DNA of 64,000 nucleotides, from NCBI GenBank assembly GCA_965263035.1, contig OZ253580.1, positions 5,024,001 through 5,088,000 on the forward strand, given 5' to 3'. Below the pieces are notes generated by a model. It ran no database searches, had not been told where the DNA came from, and saw only the letters and a list, made by a program, of their open reading frames with translations. A program made the position numbers and the translations under genes. Shown here piece by piece: positions 1 to 9,739 of the stretch (position 1 is the first letter of the stretch; each line of letters starts with the position of its first letter). Source of the stretch: Acidobacteriota bacterium (GTDB taxonomy: Bacteria > Acidobacteriota > UBA6911 > RPQK01 > JAJDTT01).

Positions 1-227
1 GCCGGGAATCCCCCGCCACTCTTGGGTCCGGCTTTTTCGCCATGCGCCGATTCTAACCCGATTTGGCCGGCCCTGGGTAAACGACCGGTCCCAGAGCGTT
101 CGGCGAGACCTTGTCCGTTCTGATGCGGTTCAATTCGTGTCGGGTGAAACACCCTCCCAACCGTTGTGACAATTGGGAGGCCGTCGATAACCGGTGGTCA
201 CACGGACTTGACGAGAGGAGGCGTGAG

Positions 228-311
228 ATGGACTACAAGACGGAAGGTTGGGTGCATGGAACGGCGCTGTCGTGGGCCGTGTTCTTCGCGATCGTCAATA
301 TGAACAAGTAG
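228..311 (+). CDS. putative small hydrophobic peptide (27 aa)
   Basis: AGGAGG at 216-221 upstream of ATG 228; MDYKTEGWVHGTALSWAVFFAIVNMNK has a hydrophobic C-terminal half. Confidence 0.35.
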   Translation: MDYKTEGWVHGTALSWAVFFAIVNMNK

Positions 312-376
312 ATCCTCGTTATCCGCCTGCTTCATCGTGGGGATGGAATGTGCCATCCTGAGGGTGGAGGTGCGTT

Positions 377-1477
377 ATGAAGACAGGCGGGAACGCAGAA
401 ACGACAGTGGAAAGATTCCGGACAGCGAGAACTTCTTCCCACCGATGGGGACGCCGCACGTTTCTGGCTGCCGCGGCCGCGTCGGTTCCCGTCCTGGGCA
501 GGGAATACGGACCCTCGGCGCATCCGGTGCGCTATCCGGACCCCGACATCGTGGTGCTGGACCAACGCTTCGCCCGCTACAAGTTGGGCAATACGCCCAT
601 CCAGCGTCTTTACACCGGAACCCTCTGGGCGGAGGGACCCGCCTGGAGCGGAGTGGGGCGCTACCTGGTCTGGAGCGACATTCCCAACGACCGTCAACTT
701 CGCTGGCTGGACGAGGACGGACACGTGAGCGTCTTCCGGTCCCCCTCGGGAAACAGCAACGGGAATACGTTCGATTACCAGGGACGTCAGATCTCCTGCG
801 AACATGGAACCCGGCGGGTTGTGCGCTACGAGCCGGACGGCACGGCCACGGTGCTGGCCGGCGAGTGGGAAGGGAAACCGCTCAACGCTCCCAACGACGC
901 GGTGGTGCATCCGGACGACGGCGCCATCTGGTTCACCGATCCCGGATACGGGAGTCTCATGAACTACGAGGGGCACAAGGGGACGCTCCACATCAAGGAA
1001 GCCGTCTACCGGATCGACGCCGCGAGCGGCCGGATGGACAAGGTGACCGACGAGATCTTCAAGCCAAACGGGCTCTGCTTCTCTCCGGATTACAAGAAGC
1101 TCTACGTGGCCGACACCGGCGCCTCCCACTACCCGGAGGCTCCCAAGAACATCAAGGTCTGGGACGTGGTGGACGGAAAACGCTTGTCTGGCGGCCGCGA
1201 GTTCACCTCCATGGAGTTGAACGGAAAGGCGGGCTTCGCCGACGGAATCCGGGCGGACGTGGACGGCAACATCTGGGCCAGCGCCGGCTGGGTCGGAGAT
1301 GGATACGATGGAGTCCACATCTTCGCTCCGGACGGGGAACGCATCGGGCAGATCCGCCTCCCCGAGATCTGCGGCAACGTCTGCTTCGGCGGCCGGAAGC
1401 GCAACCGCCTCTTCATGACCGCCAGCCAGTCCCTCTACGCCGTTTACGTGGAGACCCAGGGCGCCCACATCTCCTGA
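377..1477 (+). CDS. SMP-30/gluconolactonase family protein, Tat-exported
   Basis: RRTFL Tat motif; WAEGPAW, LNAPND, PNGLCFSPD, ADGIRAD, GNVCFGG motifs; GGAGG RBS. Confidence 0.92.
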   Translation: MKTGGNAETTVERFRTARTSSHRWGRRTFLAAAAASVPVLGREYGPSAHPVRYPDPDIVVLDQRFARYKLGNTPIQRLYTGTLWAEGPAWSGVGRYLVWSDIPNDRQLRWLDEDGHVSVFRSPSGNSNGNTFDYQGRQISCEHGTRRVVRYEPDGTATVLAGEWEGKPLNAPNDAVVHPDDGAIWFTDPGYGSLMNYEGHKGTLHIKEAVYRIDAASGRMDKVTDEIFKPNGLCFSPDYKKLYVADTGASHYPEAPKNIKVWDVVDGKRLSGGREFTSMELNGKAGFADGIRADVDGNIWASAGWVGDGYDGVHIFAPDGERIGQIRLPEICGNVCFGGRKRNRLFMTASQSLYAVYVETQGAHIS

Positions 1478-1490
1478 CTTCGGGGATTCC

Positions 1491-3359
1491 ATGCCGCCGG
1501 TCCGGGTCGACCGAGAGCCGCCATTCAAGCTCTCCATGACGGTGGACTTCTTCGGTGACGGGGGCAGGGGGCTCTACACGCCTCAAACCCTCGACCTGAT
1601 GATGCGGGAGGCTCGCCGTCTGGGGGTCACCCGGGTGTATTGGCAGTACCTGGGAGACTTGGAACAGGACCGGTACGGCGCCGGAACCAACATGCTTCGC
1701 ACCCCTTGGGCGAAGTACGGGCCCCTCACGCTGGCGGCGATCGGGGAGCCTTTGGAGGCCGCCGTGCGAGCGGCTCACCGCCGGGGTCTGGAAATCTTCG
1801 GCGTCCTGAAGCCCTATCACACCGGGATGTCGGCCACCTATCCCGAAGGCTCGCCGGATTCGGATCCCGCAACGCCGATGCGTCGGATCGGGGGAAGTCT
1901 CCAGTGCTTCAACCCGTTCATGGAAAGGTTCCCACACACTCGGATCCAACGCCGTCCCGTGAAGGGTCCGCCGAACCTGCGGGACGTTCCGATCCGCCGG
2001 ATCCGGCTGATCAAGCGGGACGACTCCCCCACTCGAATCCGGGCACGGCATCTGGATATCTGGAGCAGTCCGGACAACTATCGGTACGGGTGCCGGCAGG
2101 TGGACTTCCAGCTTGAGGAGACGGTGGAACCATCCCTCCAGTAAAATCGAGATTATTATGGACAAATAGTTACCAAAAAAGGAGATCCAGTCCGGGTTCT
2201 CAGCCTCATCGGTCTCGATCTCCGAGATCGCTATCTGGTGGTGGCCACCAATTTCAGAGGTGGATCCACCGACTTCGAGAACACGGCTCTGGGCATGATC
2301 CAGGTCTTCGGTCCGGATCCCGAAGCCCTGCCCATTGTGCTGGCCACCCGGGACGCCACCTGGGTTCGGCCGCGAGACTTCCGGACTTACGGTCTGGAGT
2401 TCGACTCGGGTTACGGCACCCGTCTGCTTCATCTGGATGGGGTCTGGGGACCAGCGGCTGAAGGGTCGACGCCGAAAGAATCGCAGACCCGCTCCTGGCA
2501 TGAACATCGGGCCGAGCTGGGTCGGGGGTCCGGGGGCGGTTTCATCGCTTTTGCCCGGGGTAAGAACGAGTATCTTCCGGTAGCGCCGTGCGAGTTCTAT
2601 CCCGAGGTGCAACGGCTCTGGAGGTGGCGGGTCAAACGGATGTTGGAGAAGGGGGTCGACGGCGTCGTGCTCCGCGTCTCGGCCCATGGGACCCTCACCG
2701 ACGAGCCCTACGAATACGGTTTCAACCCTCCCGTGGTGGAGGCCTACAGGGAACGCCACGGAGTCGACATCCGGCGGGAGGAATTCGATCCGGACCTGCT
2801 GGGCGCTCTGCGCGGCGAGGCTTACACCCGATTCGTCCGCCATGCCAGCGCCATGACCCGGAGAGCCGGGAAGCTCTTCCAGCTGCAGGTCCACACCGAG
2901 GCCTTCCGTCCCGATCCCGTCTTCGGTCAGCTCATGGGTTTTCCGGCCAACATCCAATTCGCCTGGCGGCAGTGGCTGGAAGAGGGGCTGGCCGACGCCG
3001 TGACCCTGAGGTCCAGTTGGTATGAGGCCGCCGAGGATCCGTTGGATGGATCTCCACCCTGGAGGAGCAGACTGAGCAACGTTCTGGCCGACCCGGTGGT
3101 GGGAGAGGTCCTGGAGGTGGCGAAAGACCTGGAGCTTCCCGTCTACTTGAACCGTTACGTGGCCCGGGCCGTCCCGATCCGGGAATACGCGGACGATCTG
3201 GAGCGGATCTGGCGAGACCGCCGATTCGCCGGCTTCGATCTGTACGAGTTCTTTCACTTGACCCGCGCCACGCCCGACGGCTCGCGACTGGTTCCCGTAC
3301 AGGATCGGATGCGATACATCCGGCGGAAGGCCAGGGAACTGGGTCTGGCGGGGAATTGA
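1491..3359 (+). pseudogene. DUF187/GH10-like TIM-barrel protein with one in-frame TAA at 2142-2144
   Basis: ORFs 1491-2144 and 2238-3359 share a frame; the gap reads Q*NRDYYGQIVTKKGDPVRVLSL with no other stop; motifs GVTRVYW, GVDGVVLR, YGFNPPVVEAYRERHGVD. Confidence 0.7.
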
Positions 3360-3384
3360 GGTTGCCGGAACGAAGCGCCCCGAC

Positions 3385-4263
3385 TCAAAGGGAGCGGACG
3401 TCCGCCGAGTCTCTCAGGCCGTCCCCGATGAAATTGACGGCCAGCACCGTCACGGCGATGGCGGCTCCGGGCGCCATCCAGAGCCAGGGCATCCCGGCCA
3501 GCACCGTGGGCGACTGGGCCTCGTTGAGCATTCCTCCCCAACTCGGCGTGGGAGGGGGGACTCCCAGGCCCAGAAAGCTGAGAGCCGCTTCCAGCAGGAT
3601 GGCGTTGGCGAAGCCGAAGGTGGCGATCACGCTCAGTGGGCCCACGGTGTTGGGCAGGATGTGCCGCAGGATGACGCGCGCGTGGCCGTTGCCCAGGGAA
3701 CGTGCCGCCATGATGAACTCCTTCTCCCGCAGCACCAGGACCTCTCCCCGGACGACTCTGCAGGTGCTGGACCAGCCCAGCAGCCCGATGACCAGGGTGA
3801 CCGAGGTGAGGCTGGGCCCCAGGAGCGATACGAAGAGCATCACCATGAGCAGGACCGGGATGCTCATCATGACTTCGGTGGCCCTCATGACGGCCTGATC
3901 GACGGCGCCACCTGAATATCCCGCCAGCGCACCCAGAAGCGAGCCGACCAGCGTGGAGAGGACGACTGCCAGGATTCCCACGGTCAGAGAGGTGCGGCTG
4001 CCATGGATCACCCGGCTCCAGACGTCCCGTCCGATCAGATCCGTCCCCAGCCAATGGACGGCGTCGGGCGCCTGGTTGAGACTTTCCAGTTCGATCTGGA
4101 AGGGGTCGTGCCGGCCCACCCAGGGAGCCAGGAGAGCGGCCAGGATGATGATTCCCAGGAAGACCGCGCCACCGCAGGCGAGCCGGTGGCGGAGAAATCG
4201 AGCCCAGGGTCCGGGACCCCGGCGGAGTTTCGCCGGTCTCTCTTCGTCTCGGGTCAGATCCAT
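3385..4263 (-). CDS. ABC transporter permease, DppC/OppC type
   Basis: HWLGTDLIGRDVWSRVIHGSRTSL and EFIMAARSLG (EAA loop); start MDLTRD at 4263 overlaps the end of the upstream permease. Confidence 0.92.
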   Translation of the reverse strand: MDLTRDEERPAKLRRGPGPWARFLRHRLACGGAVFLGIIILAALLAPWVGRHDPFQIELESLNQAPDAVHWLGTDLIGRDVWSRVIHGSRTSLTVGILAVVLSTLVGSLLGALAGYSGGAVDQAVMRATEVMMSIPVLLMVMLFVSLLGPSLTSVTLVIGLLGWSSTCRVVRGEVLVLREKEFIMAARSLGNGHARVILRHILPNTVGPLSVIATFGFANAILLEAALSFLGLGVPPPTPSWGGMLNEAQSPTVLAGMPWLWMAPGAAIAVTVLAVNFIGDGLRDSADVRSL

Positions 4264-5237
4264 GTTCTCTGCTTTCGGGTGAAGCGGACCCTGGGGTCGG
4301 CAATGGCGTAGGAAATATCCGCCAGCAGTGAGCTCAGAAGGACTCCGACTCCCACCACCAGGACCACTCCCATGAGCATGGAGGGGTCGCGGTCCGCAGC
4401 CGCCCGAACGGCCATGAATCCCATTCCCGGCCAAGCGAAGACCTGTTCCGTGATCACCGCTCCCACCACCACTTCCGGCAGCAGGAAGCCCAGGACGCTG
4501 ATGATGGGGATGAGGGCGTTCCTCAGGACGTGACGCAGGAACACGACCCGCTGGGACAATCCCTTGCCCCGGGCCGTCGTCACGTGATCTTCCCGCAGGA
4601 CCTCCAACAGGCTGCTCCGGGTGTGGCGCATCAGCAGGGCAGCGTTCCGCAGTCCCAGGACCGTTGCCGGGAGCACCAGGTGCCGGATCTGATCGGTCAG
4701 GTTGGGGATGGTGCCCAGGGTCGCCATGCCACCCGTCGGCAGCAGCCTCAGATGGACTCCGAACAGATAGATGGCCAACAGTCCCAGGAAGAAGGTCGGG
4801 GTCGAGATCAGGAGCATGGTCAGGGAACTGAGGGCGTAGTCCAACCGCGAATGCTGCTTGAGCGCGGCCAGGGCGCCGCAGGGGATGCCGACGACGATGC
4901 CGAAGAACAGGGCCGCGCCCATGAGCTTCAGGCTGACCGGGAGCCGTGTCCGCAGCTCGTCACCCACCGAACGGCGCGTCGCCACCGAGTAACCCAGATC
5001 CCCCTGGACCAGGCCGGTGAGCCATTTCACGTATTGGACGGGAATCGGTTGATCCAGTCCCAGCTCGCGGCGGCGCTCCTCGATCCACTCCGGCGATTGC
5101 TGGGCCAGGATGCTGGGATCGATCCGGGCCAGGATCGGGTCTCCCGGTGCCAGGGCCAACGCCGTAAAGGCGACGAAGGTGATGCCCAGCAGGACCGGGA
5201 TCGCGATGAGCAGGCGGCGGAGCAGGTAACGGCCCAT
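4254..5237 (-). CDS. ABC transporter permease, DppB/OppB type
   Basis: LGLDQPIPVQY, GDLGYS, DHVTTARGKGL, TEQVFAWPGMG. Confidence 0.93.
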   Translation of the reverse strand: MGRYLLRRLLIAIPVLLGITFVAFTALALAPGDPILARIDPSILAQQSPEWIEERRRELGLDQPIPVQYVKWLTGLVQGDLGYSVATRRSVGDELRTRLPVSLKLMGAALFFGIVVGIPCGALAALKQHSRLDYALSSLTMLLISTPTFFLGLLAIYLFGVHLRLLPTGGMATLGTIPNLTDQIRHLVLPATVLGLRNAALLMRHTRSSLLEVLREDHVTTARGKGLSQRVVFLRHVLRNALIPIISVLGFLLPEVVVGAVITEQVFAWPGMGFMAVRAAADRDPSMLMGVVLVVGVGVLLSSLLADISYAIADPRVRFTRKQRTWI

Positions 5238-5252
5238 GGAGCGCCTTCCGGG

Positions 5253-6872
5253 CTAGGGATTGAGGGTCCAAGTCTCGATGTTGCCGAATGTCCGGCGTGC
5301 GTCCTGATGCAGTTCAAACCCGCCTCCCAGCCGCTGGTGACGCGCGTGGACCTCGTCGGGCGCCCAGAGGGGCAGGAGTGGCAGGTCCCGGTTCAGCAGG
5401 CGGGCGGCCTGGAAGTAGAGGTCCCGCCGCCGTTCCGGGTCCACGGTGGCCGTCGCTTCCGCAAAATAGCGATCCAGATCGCAATTGGTATAGCCATACT
5501 GCCAGTCGGGCCGCCGGCAGTTGAAGTAGGTGGAGGTCACGTGAGGCCCGAGACCGTAGGCTCCGCCATGGCTCCCCGACATCTCGTAGGTGTCCCGCTG
5601 CTCATAGCGGCGGGCGATGAACGCCGTCGACTCCATGGCCTCCAACTGCACCCTCAGTCCCAAGGCTCTCAACTGTTGTCCGATGATGGGGTAGATCTGG
5701 GCCGCGCTGGGATAAGTCTGGTCGTAGATGAGGCGCAGCGGAGTCGCCGGGTCGAAGCCCGATGCCTTCAGCAGCCTCTTGGCCCTTTCCAGGTCATGCC
5801 CGTAGGAGTCCAGCCTCGCGTCCGGATCCATGCCGAGCGGGATCCCCTCCATGGCCTCGGCACGGCCGCGGAAGAGGGTCCGGGCGACGGCCTTCCGATC
5901 GATGGCGCAGTAGATGGCTTGGCGCAGGCGCCGGTCCTGAACCACGGGGCGGTCCAGGGCAAACCCCACCGAGATCATGCCGATGCCGGGACGGGTCGTC
6001 GTCTCCAGATGGGACAGGGCCGCCAATCGGTCATAGTCCAGTAGTTGAAGCCGCATTCCCAGGTCCAGTTCACCGCTCTCCAGTTGCGCCACCGTCACCT
6101 CGGGCCGGAGACGTTTCATGTAGACCCTGCGAATCAAGGGGGCGCCCCGGAAGTAGTCCGGGTTCGACTCCAACTCCACGTAGAGGTCCGTCAAGTATTT
6201 CACGAAGCGAAAGGGACCGGTTCCCACGGGACGAGTGGTGGTGAAAGGCGCCGACTGCACGGCGTCGGGCTCGACTCCGGCCAGGAGGTGAGACGGTATG
6301 ATCACCATGGACGGCTCGGCGAGTTTCTGCAGGAACGTGACGTCGGTTCCCCCAAGCGTGATTCGAACCGTGAAGTCGTCGATCGCCTCCAGGCCCTCGA
6401 GCCTGTCGGAGCTTCCCTCCTCATAGGCTTCCGCTCCGGCGATTTCGCCGGCGTACTTGACGTAACGGTAGGGCTCCAGGAGCTGGCGGCTGAAGCTGAA
6501 CTCCACGTCCCGGGCGGTAAAGGGTTCGCCGTCGTGCCAGCGGACGTCCCGACGCAAACGGAACGTGAAGACGCGGGCGTCGGGGGAGACCTCCCAACTC
6601 TCGGCCAAGTCGGGAAGTATGGTGGTCAGGTCCGGACCCAGACGGACCAGCTTGTTGAAGAGGAGGAAAAACATCACCGCCTGGCTGAAGGTCTCGTATC
6701 CGGACGGATGCCACATGGGCGTCAGATCTCCCTGCCACGCGAAACGGAGGCTCTCGGATCGGTCGGTGTCGCCGGCGGGATCGACTCCGGCGTCGGTGGC
6801 GGGGGCGCACGACGAGGTCCACCCCAACAGAAAGATCAGCTTGGCGAGCAGGACACGGCGGTTACGAATCAT
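5253..6872 (-). CDS. ABC transporter substrate-binding lipoprotein, SBP family 5
   Basis: lipobox-like TSSC; PDLAESWEVS, FTFRLRRDVRWHDGEPFTARDVEFS, GTGPF. Confidence 0.92.
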   Translation of the reverse strand: MIRNRRVLLAKLIFLLGWTSSCAPATDAGVDPAGDTDRSESLRFAWQGDLTPMWHPSGYETFSQAVMFFLLFNKLVRLGPDLTTILPDLAESWEVSPDARVFTFRLRRDVRWHDGEPFTARDVEFSFSRQLLEPYRYVKYAGEIAGAEAYEEGSSDRLEGLEAIDDFTVRITLGGTDVTFLQKLAEPSMVIIPSHLLAGVEPDAVQSAPFTTTRPVGTGPFRFVKYLTDLYVELESNPDYFRGAPLIRRVYMKRLRPEVTVAQLESGELDLGMRLQLLDYDRLAALSHLETTTRPGIGMISVGFALDRPVVQDRRLRQAIYCAIDRKAVARTLFRGRAEAMEGIPLGMDPDARLDSYGHDLERAKRLLKASGFDPATPLRLIYDQTYPSAAQIYPIIGQQLRALGLRVQLEAMESTAFIARRYEQRDTYEMSGSHGGAYGLGPHVTSTYFNCRRPDWQYGYTNCDLDRYFAEATATVDPERRRDLYFQAARLLNRDLPLLPLWAPDEVHARHQRLGGGFELHQDARRTFGNIETWTLNP

Positions 6873-8004
6873 CGGGGCGTGGAGAACCGTCTCCTGCGGT
6901 CGTGCTGTAGAAGGTGGACCCGTCGGGATTCTGCCATTGGAACGGGGGCCTCATCTCCCGATCCTCCAACGGCAGCCGGACCTTGACGTTGCCTCTGCGG
7001 GAGGAGTCGTGGGTCGCCAGGATCAGTTCCAGGGCATTGCGGGCCGTGGTTCCGTTGGAGAGGGGCTCGCCGCCTTGTTCCACCGCCGCCAGCAGGTCTT
7101 CCAGCAGGTAAACCATGGGCGCGGTGTGGCGCATCATCTGGGGGAAAGGGTGCTCCAGGAGCTCCCGGAACACGCTCCCGGGATTGGTCTTCCAGAGCCG
7201 AACCGCGGTGGTTTCGATGCTGAGCACGCCCCGGGTCCCGTTGACCTCGACCCGGTAGCCGGCGTGACTGTCCCGGCCGTTGAAGAAGGCGCGGATCCCG
7301 TTCGGGTAGACGGCATAGGTGGTGCCGCCGAGATCCTGGCCCCGCTGGGTGGGAATGGCGACCATGGATGCTTCCGGGTCCTCGGAGTGCCCCACGATCC
7401 AGGAAGGGGGAGAGTCACCGGCCAGGTAGTTCACCAGATCGAACCAGTGGGTTCCGGAGAGGAAGAGGCGTCCGGGCCAGGTGGCGACGATGCTGAGGAC
7501 CTCTCCGATGCCCCCCTCATCCAAGAGCCGCCGTGTGCGCAGGATCAGGGGATCGCCTCTGCGGGTGTGGTTGACGGCCAGGCGAGTGCCGCTCTCGCGG
7601 CAAGACGCGATCATCCGGTCGGCCAGCGCCAGATTCGTGGTGAAAGGCTTCTCGCAGAAAATGCCCTGGACTCCGCTCCGGGCGCAGTCTTCGACCTGGG
7701 AGGCGTGGAAATCGGGGGGACTGGCGATGGCGACGATCTCGGGCCGCTCGGCTTCGAGCATCTCGCGGTGGTCCGAATAGAGGGCGTCGACTCCCCATCG
7801 TTTCCCGAAGTCCTCCAGCCGACCCCGGTCCGGGTCCGCCCCCGCCACCAGCCGGGTCCGAGGATGGGTCTTCAGGATTTCCGCATGTCCGTAGGGAAGC
7901 AGGATTCGGCCCGTCGCGTCCTGGAGCTCGTCCATGCAGTAGCTGCCCATGGAGCCGCAACCGATGAGGGCGGCGCGATAGATTTTGCCGGGGTCGTACA
8001 CCAT
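6862..8004 (-). CDS. Gfo/Idh/MocA family oxidoreductase
   Basis: IGCGSMG Rossmann motif, CEKP, GTHWFD. Confidence 0.9.
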   Translation of the reverse strand: MVYDPGKIYRAALIGCGSMGSYCMDELQDATGRILLPYGHAEILKTHPRTRLVAGADPDRGRLEDFGKRWGVDALYSDHREMLEAERPEIVAIASPPDFHASQVEDCARSGVQGIFCEKPFTTNLALADRMIASCRESGTRLAVNHTRRGDPLILRTRRLLDEGGIGEVLSIVATWPGRLFLSGTHWFDLVNYLAGDSPPSWIVGHSEDPEASMVAIPTQRGQDLGGTTYAVYPNGIRAFFNGRDSHAGYRVEVNGTRGVLSIETTAVRLWKTNPGSVFRELLEHPFPQMMRHTAPMVYLLEDLLAAVEQGGEPLSNGTTARNALELILATHDSSRRGNVKVRLPLEDREMRPPFQWQNPDGSTFYSTTAGDGSPRPDDS

Positions 8005-8233
8005 GTTCGTCGTGCTCGTTCCGTGAGAGGAGAAGCGTCCTTCTCAGGGCGCACCATCATATTGGATCGTGGTCCGCTTCGCGAGCACCGCCAGGAGACC
8101 CCGGCCCTTCCGGGTTCCCTCCACCGCGCATGTTGACCGGGCTCCGGAGGTTGGATATGTTTCGCTGCAAGGATCGGTTGAAGTTCTGCCTCGAGGGTTC
8201 GGAAAAGATTCAGGTAATTCAGGAGATAATAAG

Positions 8234-9595
8234 TTGCAAATAACGAATAATAAAGAGAATAAAAGAATATTGGGTCAGAAGATGTACGACCGGGCCCGGG
8301 AGCTCATCCCCGGTGCGACGCAGCTTTACGGAAAGCGCCAGGAAATGACCGCTCCGGGGCAGTGGCCGGCATACTTCGCCCAGGCCCAGGGCTGCGAGAC
8401 CGTGGACGTGGATGGAAACCACTACCTCGACATGTCCATGGCCGGCATTGGCGCCACTCTCCTGGGATATGCTGATCCCGACGTGACCGAGGCGGTCATC
8501 CGGCGGGTGCGCAACGGTTGCATGTCTTCCTTGAATCCCCCCGATGAGGTGGAGTTGGCCGAACTGATGCTGGAACTCCACCCTTGGGCTCAGATGGTGC
8601 GGTTCGGGCGGCTTGGCGGAGAGAGCATGACCATCGCGGTGCGGATCGCCCGGGCCTATACCGGGCGGGACGCGGTGGCCTTCTGCGGCTACCACGGATG
8701 GCACGACTGGTACCTGGCCGCCAATCTTCCCGTCGACCGTAGCGAGGAGACGGTGGACCGGTTGGGCGGGGGTCACCTGATGCCGGGGCTGGAGCCGGCA
8801 GGCGTGCCCAGCGGACTGGCCGGCACGGCCATGCCGTTCACCTACAACAAGATCGAGGAGCTCCGAGCCATCGTGGACCGGCACGGCCCGAGACTGGCCG
8901 CCATCGTGATGGAGCCGACGCGCAACTACGACCCCGATCCCGGCTTTCTGGAGGAGATCCGGGAACTCGCCACCCGTTGCGGCGCCTGCCTGATCATGGA
9001 TGAGATCACCATCGGCTGGAGGCTCTGGCTGGGAGGCGCCCACCTCAAGTACGGGTTGGAGCCGGACCTGGCCGTGTTCGCCAAGACCACCGGGAACGGG
9101 CATCCCATCTCCGCGGTGGTGGGCCGGCGCGAGATCATGCAGGCGGCCCAGAACAGCTTCATCTCCAGCGCGCTCTGGACGGAGGCGGTGGGCCCCACGG
9201 CCGCCCTGGCCACCATCCGCAAGTTTCAGAGGGAGGACGTTCGCTCACACGTGGCTCGGATCGGGGAAGCGGCCAGACAGGGCCTGAAGGAGTTGGGAGA
9301 CCGGTGCGGTGTTCCCTTCGGCGCCACCGGTCATCCGGCCCTCACCTTTTATCACTTCGACCACCCCCAAGCGGCGGCTCTCCAGACTCTTTGGACCGTG
9401 CGCATGCTGGACCGGGGATTCCTCGTGGCCGGCGGCTTCTATCCCACTTTTGCCCACCAGGAGACGCACGTGGAGCAGTTCCTGGAGGCCTGCGAGCCGG
9501 TGTTCCAAGAATTGGCTGAGGCAATTCAGAAGGGAGATATCGAGCCGCGAATCGGCGGCCCGGTGAAACACACCGGGTTCCGCCGGCTGGTGTAA
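8234..9595 (+). CDS. class III PLP aminotransferase (glutamate-1-semialdehyde aminomutase-like)
   Basis: DVDGNHYLD, GYHGWHDW, LIMDEITIGWR, PDLAVFAKTTGNG; AGGAG at 8221-8225 before TTG 8234 (alternative ATG 8282). Confidence 0.85.
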   Translation: MQITNNKENKRILGQKMYDRARELIPGATQLYGKRQEMTAPGQWPAYFAQAQGCETVDVDGNHYLDMSMAGIGATLLGYADPDVTEAVIRRVRNGCMSSLNPPDEVELAELMLELHPWAQMVRFGRLGGESMTIAVRIARAYTGRDAVAFCGYHGWHDWYLAANLPVDRSEETVDRLGGGHLMPGLEPAGVPSGLAGTAMPFTYNKIEELRAIVDRHGPRLAAIVMEPTRNYDPDPGFLEEIRELATRCGACLIMDEITIGWRLWLGGAHLKYGLEPDLAVFAKTTGNGHPISAVVGRREIMQAAQNSFISSALWTEAVGPTAALATIRKFQREDVRSHVARIGEAARQGLKELGDRCGVPFGATGHPALTFYHFDHPQAAALQTLWTVRMLDRGFLVAGGFYPTFAHQETHVEQFLEACEPVFQELAEAIQKGDIEPRIGGPVKHTGFRRLV

Positions 9596-9654
9596 ACTCC
9601 TTGGAATAATGTAGAAAGAGGGCGCCCCTTGTGGGCACCCTCTTTCGTCTTATC

Positions 9655-9723
9655 AGGAGGGGCGACTTCCAGTCGCCCCTCCTTGCTCCGGCCGGAGTTC
9701 GGCGGTTGGAAACCGCCGCTCCC
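9655..9723. repeat. inverted pair of REP-like hairpins between convergent genes
   Basis: AGGAGGGGCGAC-TTCCA-GTCGCCCCTCCT and GGCGGTTGGAAACCGCCGCTCCC; related pair at 60565-60627. Confidence 0.7.
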
Positions 9724-9739
9724 GCGTGTCGCTTGGCGC

